DNA of 64,000 nucleotides from Candidatus Falkowbacteria bacterium (GTDB lineage: Bacteria > Patescibacteriota > Patescibacteriia > Patescibacteriales > UBA12465). The stretch is taken from assembly GCA_026396805.1 (NCBI GenBank), contig JAPLVZ010000004.1:13601-77600 (forward strand), read 5' to 3'. Position 1 is the stretch's first letter, and each line of letters begins with the position of its first letter. The position numbers and the translations under genes are program-made. The notes beneath the pieces were generated by a model, which saw only the letters and a list, made by a program, of their open reading frames with translations, had not been told where the DNA came from and did no database searches. Of this stretch, positions 20,386 through 28,648 are shown piece after piece.

Positions 20386-21060
20386 ATGTTCAGTTTACCA
20401 GCAAATTTTATAGGTATTTACAAAATAGGTGATAATATTAACTATAATCTCAGAATACTTAACTTTTTATACGAACTAAATAATTCACCGATAGATAACT
20501 ACAAAAAAGAATTACTCCACAAACCAATAATAATTATTATGGCCTCTATTGGGGAGGCTATCCTGTATGATTTTCATTTTAGAATAAAAATTTTTACAAT
20601 AGAGGGCGTTAATAATTTAGCCAAAGAAGTTATAAGTTATATTCGCAATAAAGAAATAGATGAATTTGAAAAATTGATAACTAGTGTCAAAAAACATAAT
20701 TTATTTGGGATTGCGGATAACATATTTTATGAAAAACTAGATTTTCTTAGGCAAATTAGGAATAGAATACATATACAAAATAAGAAAAGATTATTGCCAG
20801 CAGATGAGCATGAAATCTTCACACAAGATAATGTTGAATTGGCTGAGCTAATTTTAGAGAAAATAATAAAAACGATGATTGTAAAATTTCCCAGAAATAT
20901 AGAAAGCTCAAAATATGTAAGTGATTTTATTCTACCTTGGAATGAGTATTTACGACCAATAACAACAGCGGTAAAATATACTCAATGCCCCTATTGCTTA
21001 TTTGATAATATCGATGACGGATCAGGAATGACACAATGTTGGTGCGGAAAAATATATTAA
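20386..21060 (+). CDS. Putative HEPN-domain protein with C-terminal Zn-ribbon
   Basis: SIGEAIL helix, LRQIRNRIH (HEPN-type RN..H), CPYC...CWCG tail. Confidence 0.6.
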   Translation: MFSLPANFIGIYKIGDNINYNLRILNFLYELNNSPIDNYKKELLHKPIIIIMASIGEAILYDFHFRIKIFTIEGVNNLAKEVISYIRNKEIDEFEKLITSVKKHNLFGIADNIFYEKLDFLRQIRNRIHIQNKKRLLPADEHEIFTQDNVELAELILEKIIKTMIVKFPRNIESSKYVSDFILPWNEYLRPITTAVKYTQCPYCLFDNIDDGSGMTQCWCGKIY

Positions 21061-21170
21061 AAACTTTTCAAAAACCCCGCCCACCGCTTAATTTCCTCAA
21101 TAATTTCGCTTAATCGTTGTGATATTTCCTCTCGGAGGACTACTATAGCTATTACTGCGATACTCCGTTC

Positions 21171-22931
21171 CTATTCTTTATCATTTTTTTCATTAAAAAC
21201 CGCCCTCTGTTTCCCTTTTCCGCTCGTATAAAAATTTACGTCGAACCGTAATTGATCTTTTTTGTAGTCATGAACTTCTAATTTATTAATTCCACTCGTC
21301 TTCCTGTCGGAAGCGATAACCGTCATTCCTGATGTTTTAGCGATCTCTTCCGCGATACCCTTATCTGATCCCGTCAGGCACGAGCTCAGCACCAGGGTTG
21401 CCCCTTCCTCAAAATATTGAAAAAATCTTTTTATTCCCGGCCTCCCAATATTACTGGTTGTTAATTCAGGTCTGAAACCGCCCCAATTCCCTATGGCTAT
21501 TGAATCGGTATTGCCATGCGCATTAACAAACATAAAAGAAACCTTTTTTTCTAACTTTCTCGTCAAATTAATAATCTTTTTTGTGGCGTCGATTGTATTA
21601 GCCGTTTCAATAATTTTCAACATGTAACCACGAGGCTCTGTCTCATTGGCAAGTTTTTCGATTTTAATCTTTTTATTCAAATCATACATAAAGCCATTAT
21701 GATCGCTGCGACCAGTAGCATAAATACCGAAAGGGCTATTCGTTTTATCCCGATTATCATATTGTTTAATCAAAACTTCGGTCGGATATCTCGAAAAGCA
21801 AACAATCCCAAAATTATCAGTTAAATACTTGGCCGACCCAGGTCTTTTGCTTTCTAATTCATGTAGGGACCCAAAATTATTAATCATCATATCTCTGATT
21901 CCTTCTTTTGGGGCGCTATTATTCCAGGCCGGCCCTATTTCCTTATACTGATAACCGGCCGTGGCAAAAACTTTTGCGCCAATTTTAAGTTCACCAGCTC
22001 GATCATGTGAAAATTCCGAAGCCGTTTCTCCGTCTTTCCTGTTAATTTCGGCTGCATAATCGGCAATAAAAATGTCAAGCACTCCGCGATGATTATGATC
22101 TTGGATTTTAAACAGTTCACCCGTCTGGTCAGCTAATTCTTTAGCCTTGGCAATCGGCAAATATTTAAGGGCTGATTCAAAGCCCGGAACATACTCATGA
22201 ATAATTTCGTTTAACTTCGGTTCTGTCTTCAGGCCTTCTTTAATTTTTTCATTTATAACCGGGGCCTGCTTTTCCAGAAATTTTAAGATTGTTAAATAAT
22301 TTTTCGCGCCGGGTAACTTTAAAAATTCATTCTCAAAATCGGCGGGGATTTCTCCTTGATTTCGGAGATAATTAAATTTTTTTAATAATTCTTCCGGATT
22401 TTCTAAATCACCTTCCATAATTGCTTCAAAAATCTTCCCCTGATTCAATTGAATTATTTTCTCTAAAATTCTGAATGTCTGCTTAGTATTGCGGGGAGTT
22501 GTATTTTCAATATAACTTTCAAGAACCGGCAAATTTTCAATTACAATATTTTCCGCGAATGAACGTATCCGCTCCGATGGGGACGTATTTTCCTCCCATT
22601 TCGCATCATCACGAGTGTCCTCTTTACTAAGAGCGTATGCTAAAAAATTTATAGCGCCCTCCGCCAGCTCTTCGTCGTTCAATTGTCGGTTAATCGATTC
22701 TTTTGTTTTTTCGATCTCATCAACTTTCTCATTTAATTCATTCTTTCTCTGCTCTTTTGTTTTAAAAGTAAAAACTTCGCCGACAAAATTTTTAGGCTGA
22801 CGAGATTGCAGAATATCAATATCCGCCACTTTGCTTATAAGCTGAGCCGCCAGCTCGATCGGATTACTTTCGCGCTTTTCAGCCGCCGAGGGAACAATGT
22901 TTGTTTCTTTAAAATTTTTATCGAAATTCAT
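21171..22931 (-). CDS. Hypothetical protein with C-terminal caspase/CHAT-like (clan CD) His-Cys domain
   Basis: FMFVNAHG and TLVLSSCLTG strand-dyad motifs; helical, charged N-terminus. Confidence 0.55.
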   Translation of the reverse strand: MNFDKNFKETNIVPSAAEKRESNPIELAAQLISKVADIDILQSRQPKNFVGEVFTFKTKEQRKNELNEKVDEIEKTKESINRQLNDEELAEGAINFLAYALSKEDTRDDAKWEENTSPSERIRSFAENIVIENLPVLESYIENTTPRNTKQTFRILEKIIQLNQGKIFEAIMEGDLENPEELLKKFNYLRNQGEIPADFENEFLKLPGAKNYLTILKFLEKQAPVINEKIKEGLKTEPKLNEIIHEYVPGFESALKYLPIAKAKELADQTGELFKIQDHNHRGVLDIFIADYAAEINRKDGETASEFSHDRAGELKIGAKVFATAGYQYKEIGPAWNNSAPKEGIRDMMINNFGSLHELESKRPGSAKYLTDNFGIVCFSRYPTEVLIKQYDNRDKTNSPFGIYATGRSDHNGFMYDLNKKIKIEKLANETEPRGYMLKIIETANTIDATKKIINLTRKLEKKVSFMFVNAHGNTDSIAIGNWGGFRPELTTSNIGRPGIKRFFQYFEEGATLVLSSCLTGSDKGIAEEIAKTSGMTVIASDRKTSGINKLEVHDYKKDQLRFDVNFYTSGKGKQRAVFNEKNDKE

Positions 22932-23150
22932 ATAATTTAATATTATTATAGATAGAATAATATTAACAAAAAATTAGATATTTTTCAAGGTAAAATATTG
23001 TTTATTTATAGTTATAAATTCCACTTTTCAATTTCCCCAATAATCCCGTCAAAATTTTGGCAGATTTCAGATTTAAGGACTGTAGAGGTGAAAAATGCTT
23101 AGCGTAGGCTAAGTGCTTTTTTTATAATCTAAGTATGTTATAATAGCCGC

Positions 23151-23837
23151 ATGAATATCCCAAAACACATCGGAATCATCCTGGATGGAAATCGGCGCTT
23201 CGCTAGATCAAAAAATCTACCAATCTTTGAAGGGCATAAGTTAGGTTTTGAAAATTTGAAAAAAATCGCCCAGCATGCTTTCAATAAAGGGGTTAAAATC
23301 TTGACTGTCTATGCCTTCTCAACGGAAAATTGGCATAGAGACAAAAAAGAAGTCAGTTACCTGCTGGATTTATTCAAGCTGTTAGTAAATGAAGAAATCA
23401 GCCTTTTAATAAAAAATGGGGTAAAGGTAAATTTTTTTGGCCGAATAAGCGATTTCGATCCAGGTTTACAAAAATCTATAAAAAATGCCCTGGAAAAAAG
23501 CCGGAACGGCGGCAAAGGTATTCTTAATATCTGCTTAAGCTATAACGGCCGAGATGAAATAATCAGGGCCGTTAAAAAAATAATTGAGTCAGGGATTACG
23601 GCGGGCGAAGTGACTGAAGATCTGGTAAATAAAAATCTAGATTCTGCCGGTCTGCCTGATCCGGATATGATAATCCGCACTTCCGGCGAACAACGCTTAT
23701 CTGGTTTTCTGACCTGGCAATCTATTTATAGTGAATTTTATTTCCCTAAAAAATATTGGCCGGAATTTACCACGGCTGACTTCGACTTAGCTTTAGAAGA
23801 ATATAATAAACGGCAACGGCGATACGGCGTTGATTAA
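23151..23837 (+). CDS. uppS: Undecaprenyl diphosphate synthase
   Basis: PKHIGIILDGNRR, YAFSTENW, RTSGEQRLSGFL.WQ. Confidence 0.97.
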   Translation: MNIPKHIGIILDGNRRFARSKNLPIFEGHKLGFENLKKIAQHAFNKGVKILTVYAFSTENWHRDKKEVSYLLDLFKLLVNEEISLLIKNGVKVNFFGRISDFDPGLQKSIKNALEKSRNGGKGILNICLSYNGRDEIIRAVKKIIESGITAGEVTEDLVNKNLDSAGLPDPDMIIRTSGEQRLSGFLTWQSIYSEFYFPKKYWPEFTTADFDLALEEYNKRQRRYGVD

Positions 23838-23972
23838 TTTTTTGATTTATGACCGATAAATTAACCTGAAACGCCTTCATTCTTCATGGGCTCTTGTCAA
23901 ATGAAAAATCTTTTGTTATTATCAAATTTGTAATAAAACTGGCTCATTTATGAAGCCGTTTTATTATAACGA

Positions 23973-24045
23973 GCGCCTATAGCTCAGTTGGTAGAGCAAC
24001 AGCCTTTTAAGCTGATGGTCGCTGGTTCGAATCCAGCTGGGCGCA
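23973..24045 (+). tRNA. tRNA-Lys(TTT)
   Basis: GCGCCTA/TGGGCGC acceptor stem, AGCTCAGTTGGTAGAGC D-arm, CT-TTT-AA anticodon loop, GGTTCGAATCC. Confidence 0.93.
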
Positions 24046-24080
24046 CAAGAAGACAGGCTTGAGCCTGTTTTTTAGTACTC

Positions 24081-24109
24081 TTGACATAAACTAATAAATA
24101 TTATATAAT
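24081..24109 (+). promoter_or_regulatory. Consensus sigma70 promoter
   Basis: TTGACA-17-TATAAT upstream of ORF 24159. Confidence 0.8.
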
Positions 24110-24158
24110 TTAATATTCTTTAAAAATAAAATAATTAATCAAAAAAACCAAAAGAGAA

Positions 24159-25010
24159 ATGATGAAAATAATATTTACAGTATTAGCCGTCTTCTTGATT
24201 TTCCTTCCGGCTAAAGCTCAAATTGAAAACATTAAACTTGCCGGGGACAGCACGGTTACAATCGATTACGCCTACGCTGGAATTTTAGCCGGTTCCTACT
24301 TCAGCCAGGACAGTTTAAACTTCGGTAAATCCGTAAATGTCAGACTTGGCTTTCAGGGAACCTATCGCCCGACTAAATGGTTATCAATCGTAGCCAGAGA
24401 GATGTATCAAACTGACGATCAAAAAAAAGTTTTGTCGTCAAGTCTGTTCTGGGCAAGATTCAAACTGAAATCTGTAACTCTGGAAACAGGTATGTTGCCG
24501 ACCTTGGCGACTGAATCTAGACCATTATCGGTCAGTGCCGACGGTCAATTTGAAGCTTGGACCGAAAACAATATTCCCGGAACGTCCCTAGGCGCCAAAA
24601 TAAAATATAACTTCCAAAAAAGTTATATCGGCGCCGGAGTCTTCCAAAGAAACAAAGAGCCGGAATACCATTTACGATTTTCCAGTCCTCATTTCAAAGC
24701 TTCGCTTTATTACAGCGAATTTGATCATCGGTTCGGCTCCACGGCAACTTTGATTACCAAACGGCTATATAATATAGCCACTTTCAATGCCGGTAAGAAT
24801 TTTGGAAACTACGCCGTCTTTAAACTGGACCGTCGGAGACAAATAGATTATTATCTTGATGCCGGATACGGTTTTGAGGAGAAAAAGATTATCAGAGCGG
24901 AGACCGGATTGTTGAAAAACTTTTCGGGCAGATATCTAAAAGGACTATTCGGCCTCGGCTATTGTTACGAGACCAAAACAATAAATGGAATATTTTTTGT
25001 CCACATTTAG
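24159..25010 (+). CDS. Secreted beta-strand-rich protein (outer-membrane beta-barrel-like)
   Basis: Signal peptide ending AKA-Q; many amphipathic aromatic/Gly strands. Confidence 0.55.
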   Translation: MMKIIFTVLAVFLIFLPAKAQIENIKLAGDSTVTIDYAYAGILAGSYFSQDSLNFGKSVNVRLGFQGTYRPTKWLSIVAREMYQTDDQKKVLSSSLFWARFKLKSVTLETGMLPTLATESRPLSVSADGQFEAWTENNIPGTSLGAKIKYNFQKSYIGAGVFQRNKEPEYHLRFSSPHFKASLYYSEFDHRFGSTATLITKRLYNIATFNAGKNFGNYAVFKLDRRRQIDYYLDAGYGFEEKKIIRAETGLLKNFSGRYLKGLFGLGYCYETKTINGIFFVHI

Positions 25011-25142
25011 TTCTTTGATGCCGAGGGAGGTAAAAATAAAATCTAAAGGGATCTGAAACATCAGACCCCTTTTTCATTTCCAAAAAATCCCGCCGGCCTT
25101 GCTAAACCCGCAAAAATCTTTTATATTGGTTATATTAGTTGC

Positions 25143-25218
25143 GCCGACTTAGCTCAGCTGGTAGAGCAGCCGCCTTGTAAGCGGCAGGTCGTCGGTCCAA
25201 ACCCGACAGTCGGCTCCA
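25143..25218 (+). tRNA. tRNA-Thr(TGT)
   Basis: GCCGACT/AGTCGGC acceptor stem, GCCGC-CTTGTAA-GCGGC anticodon arm, encoded CCA; atypical T-loop TCCAAAC. Confidence 0.9.
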
Positions 25219-25458
25219 AAGGAGTGAAACCGCTGGCGCTTTAACCGCGCGGACGGTTTTAAAAAATCAGCCAAAAACTTGTAAGAAAAACCGGTTTATG
25301 TTAAATTTATTGGTTAATAACTCGTTAATAAAAGGTTGATAAAGAAAGATTGAAAAAATGCTAAGCATGCGCTAAGATAAGGATAAAGAAACCGATAAAT
25401 ACCGATAAATAATCCAGTAATTAATAAACTTAATAATCCGATAACTAACAAACTAAAA

Positions 25459-26847
25459 ATGGCCACCAGCGACGACAACTTAATCGCCAAAGTCCCGCCG
25501 CACAGCCTGGAAGCCGAAGAATCCTTTCTCGGTTCCCTTTTGATTGATAAGGATGCGATCGTTAAGATCGCGGATATGATCATGCCGCAGGATTTTTATA
25601 AGGACGCCCACAGAATAATCTATGACGCGATTAAGGAATTATACGCCAACCAAGAGCCGATCGATATAATCACTCTTTCTAACCGTTTAGAAGACAAAAA
25701 AAAGATGGCGGTCGTCGGCGGCCGCGCCTACCTCGCTCAACTTTCCAATGCGGTCGCGACTTCCGGCAATATCGTCAATTACGCGAGTATCATCCAACGC
25801 AAAGCGACCTTGCGGCGCCTCCAGCAAGCCGCCGCGGAAATATCGTCCTTGAGCTTCAACGAAGAAAGAGAAATAGACGAAATCCTTGATGAAACCGAAA
25901 AAAAAGTTTTTGGCGTCTCCCGCAAGTATTTAAAAAACGCTTTCCTGCCGATTGATAATCTCCTGACCGCCGCTTTTGACCGCATCGATGAACTTCATAA
26001 ATACGGCGGAAAACTCCGCGGCCTGCCCACCGGCTTTGTCGATCTGGATAATCTCTTAGCCGGCCTGCAAAAATCCGATCTGATTATTCTGGCCTCCCGC
26101 CCTTCCGTCGGAAAAACTTCCTTGGCTTTAGATATCGCTCGCCAAGCGGCGATTAAAAGCAAAGAGGGCGTCGGCATCTTCTCCTTGGAAATGAGTAAGG
26201 AACAATTAGTGGACCGCCTGCTTTGCGCCCAGTCCAATATCAGCTTATGGAAAATGCGCACCGGCAATCTTTCCGACGATGATTTTATGCGTCTTAACGA
26301 TGGCATGGGCAAACTGGCCGAAGCGCCGATTTATATCGACGACTCCGGAACTTTATCAATCATGGAAATCCGAGCGAAAGCTCGTCGCTTGCAAATAGAG
26401 AGAGGTTTGGGACTAATCATTATTGATTACTTGCAATTAATGGAGGGCCGGGGAAAATACGGCGATAATCGCGTCCAAGAAATCGCCGAAATCAGCCGCG
26501 GCTTAAAATCCATCGCCCGCGAATTAAATATTCCCATCCTCGCTCTCGCCCAGTTGTCGCGCGCCGTGGAACTGACTCATCCGGCGATTCCAAAACTTTC
26601 CCATTTGCGCGATTCCGGTTCCATTGAACAGGACGCGGATGTCGTCATGTTTATTTATCGTAAATCGGCCGACCGCGGCTATAATATCAACGACTTATCG
26701 CTGGATGAGCGCTATAAGGCGGAAATCCATATCGCGAAACACCGCAACGGCCCGACTGGAAAGATAGAACTGTTCTTTGATGAGAATTCCGTTAATTTCA
26801 AGAGTTTGACTAAGATGCCGACTGACACCAACCCCGTAGAATTTTAG
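25459..26847 (+). CDS. dnaB: Replicative DNA helicase
   Basis: PPHSLEAE, RPSVGKT, FSLEMS, IDYLQL, LRDSGSIEQDAD, KHRNGPTG. Confidence 0.97.
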   Translation: MATSDDNLIAKVPPHSLEAEESFLGSLLIDKDAIVKIADMIMPQDFYKDAHRIIYDAIKELYANQEPIDIITLSNRLEDKKKMAVVGGRAYLAQLSNAVATSGNIVNYASIIQRKATLRRLQQAAAEISSLSFNEEREIDEILDETEKKVFGVSRKYLKNAFLPIDNLLTAAFDRIDELHKYGGKLRGLPTGFVDLDNLLAGLQKSDLIILASRPSVGKTSLALDIARQAAIKSKEGVGIFSLEMSKEQLVDRLLCAQSNISLWKMRTGNLSDDDFMRLNDGMGKLAEAPIYIDDSGTLSIMEIRAKARRLQIERGLGLIIIDYLQLMEGRGKYGDNRVQEIAEISRGLKSIARELNIPILALAQLSRAVELTHPAIPKLSHLRDSGSIEQDADVVMFIYRKSADRGYNINDLSLDERYKAEIHIAKHRNGPTGKIELFFDENSVNFKSLTKMPTDTNPVEF

Positions 26848-26915
26848 AAGACGCGTTATTCATCAGATTATCCATTAGATTATTCATTAAATCATTATTA
26901 AATAAACCAATAAAT

Positions 26916-27191
26916 ATGTTCAGCAAATTAAAACAATTCCGGGATTTGCGCAGCCAGGCGAAAACTATGCAAAGCGCTTTAGCCCAAGAAACGGTGACCG
27001 AAGAAAGAAACGGCGTCAAGATCTTGCTCAACGGCAACATGGAAGTCTTGGAAATAAAACTTAACGGCGAATTAACCAAGAACGTCCAAGAAGACACCGT
27101 CAAAACTTGCTTTAACGACGCCCTGAAGCGCGCCCAAAGATTAATGGCTAAAAAACTTCAGGACATGGGTGGAATCCCAGGAATGAATTAA
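26916..27191 (+). CDS. ybaB: YbaB/EbfC nucleoid-associated protein
   Basis: Size, sequence pattern and canonical position upstream of recR. Confidence 0.85.
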   Translation: MFSKLKQFRDLRSQAKTMQSALAQETVTEERNGVKILLNGNMEVLEIKLNGELTKNVQEDTVKTCFNDALKRAQRLMAKKLQDMGGIPGMN

Positions 27192-27791
27192 ATGAAATAT
27201 CCAGCCGCCCTGCAAACTTTAATAAATAGATTAGCCGACCTGCCCAGCGTTGGTCCGAAAACGGCCGAACGCTACGCTTTTTATTTATTGAAACAGGCGC
27301 CGGAAAAATTAAAAAGTTTCGCCGCGGCCATCGCCGAGCTTCAGAATAAGATTACCGTCTGCCGCGAATGCTTAAGCATCTGCGAGAACGATCCCTGCCC
27401 AATCTGCGCCGATGTCTCGCGACGCCAAGATATCCTTTGCCTCGTGGCCAATATCCAAGATCTGACGGCCATTGAAGCGACTAGGCAGTACGACGGCCGC
27501 TATTTCATCCTCGGGGGATTGATAAACACTATCAGCGGCGTCGGACCGAAAGACCTGAATATTGAAAAATTATTGAAAAAGATAAAGGCCGGAGGAATAA
27601 AGGAAATAATTCTCGCCCTGAATTTTACCTTGGAAGGAGAGACCACTTCTTTATACCTGACTAAAATCTTAAAAGACCATCTGAAGATAACCCGCCTGGC
27701 GAAAGGGCTGCCGGCCGGTTCCGATCTGGAATACGCGGATGAATTGACGCTAGCCAATGCTCTGAAATATCGAAGTGAGATAAATAAATAA
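27192..27791 (+). CDS. recR: Recombination mediator RecR
   Basis: LPSVGPKTAER, C4 zinc finger, EGETT, GLPAGSDLEYAD. Confidence 0.97.
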   Translation: MKYPAALQTLINRLADLPSVGPKTAERYAFYLLKQAPEKLKSFAAAIAELQNKITVCRECLSICENDPCPICADVSRRQDILCLVANIQDLTAIEATRQYDGRYFILGGLINTISGVGPKDLNIEKLLKKIKAGGIKEIILALNFTLEGETTSLYLTKILKDHLKITRLAKGLPAGSDLEYADELTLANALKYRSEINK

Positions 27792-27842
27792 CAATAAACA
27801 AAAATACAAAAAATTAAATAAGCAAACAGAAAGGAAAAAAGA

Positions 27843-28172
27843 ATGGTAACATTATCCTTAGTCACAATCGTCATCCTGGCGACTCTGACGCTGGGAACAA
27901 TGGCCATTATCGGACTTTTTAACAAGAAAATTAACGGCCAATTCAATCTGATTATCAGAACCATCAGGGCTCTAGAAGTAAGCCGGAGAAATCTACGTCG
28001 TTTGCCGTCCCGGATTCGGCTCTTAATTAAAATCTGGCCCCAGAAAAGAGGATTATTATTCCTTAAGATAACCAAGAGATTAAGAATTAAGAGACAAAAA
28101 AGGAAAAAACGTCGACGCGATAGGCGCCGACACAGAAAAGACAAGAGACAAAAAAACCGCTCCAATCAATGA
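27843..28172 (+). CDS. Hypothetical small protein: N-terminal TM helix, extremely Arg/Lys-rich tail
   Basis: 109 aa ORF with AAGGA SD; its end overlaps the terminator hairpin. Confidence 0.4.
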   Translation: MVTLSLVTIVILATLTLGTMAIIGLFNKKINGQFNLIIRTIRALEVSRRNLRRLPSRIRLLIKIWPQKRGLLFLKITKRLRIKRQKRKKRRRDRRRHRKDKRQKNRSNQ

Positions 28173-28184
28173 GAGCGGCTTTTT
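28152..28184. terminator. Bidirectional terminator
   Basis: AAAAACCGCTC-loop-GAGCGGCTTTTT between convergent genes. Confidence 0.65.
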
Positions 28185-28211
28185 ATTTTCAGAAATTTTG
28201 ACTTCAATAAA

Positions 28212-28520
28212 TTAAGCGATTTTTAAAACTTTCAAAGCGGTAAACTGTTGGCGATGACCGACGGTTTTCTTGTATCTGGTCTTATTCTTATATTTGACGA
28301 CCGTCACTTTCTTGCCCTTAGCGGTTTCCAATACTTCCGCTTCAACCTTGGCGTCGAGAGACGGCTCGCCCACCTCTAATTTATCGCCATCGGCGATTAA
28401 GAGAGTATCTAATTTAACTTTCTGGCCGTTAGCAACTTCCAATTTTTCCACTTTAATAGTGTCTCCTTCTTCGACCTTATACTGTTTGCCGCCGGTTTTG
28501 ATGACTGCAATTTTTGACAT
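28212..28520 (-). CDS. rplU: 50S ribosomal protein L21
   Basis: AVIKTGGKQYKV, VEKL, GHRQ. Confidence 0.97.
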   Translation of the reverse strand: MSKIAVIKTGGKQYKVEEGDTIKVEKLEVANGQKVKLDTLLIADGDKLEVGEPSLDAKVEAEVLETAKGKKVTVVKYKNKTRYKKTVGHRQQFTALKVLKIA

Positions 28521-28648
28521 ATTAGCGAATTTTTTTAATAAAAAATCAGATGTATCTCTGAACTAATTTAATAATAGCAAATATTTGAAAAATGTCAACA
28601 AATGGGTTATAGTAAAGAGGCGAATAAAAATAAATACGCTTTACAAAT

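Larger units (their letters stand above)
17775..21136. mobile_element. AT-rich defence islet at tRNA-Glu (no integrase seen)
   Basis: Visibly lower GC than the flanks, defence-type genes, adjacent to the tRNA 3' end; 9-bp repeat GGACTACTA at 17766 and 21137. Confidence 0.55.

Noticed and set aside
25300-25458. Replication origin upstream of dnaB
   Set aside because: AT-rich, but no cluster of TTATCCACA-like DnaA boxes and no dnaA nearby.
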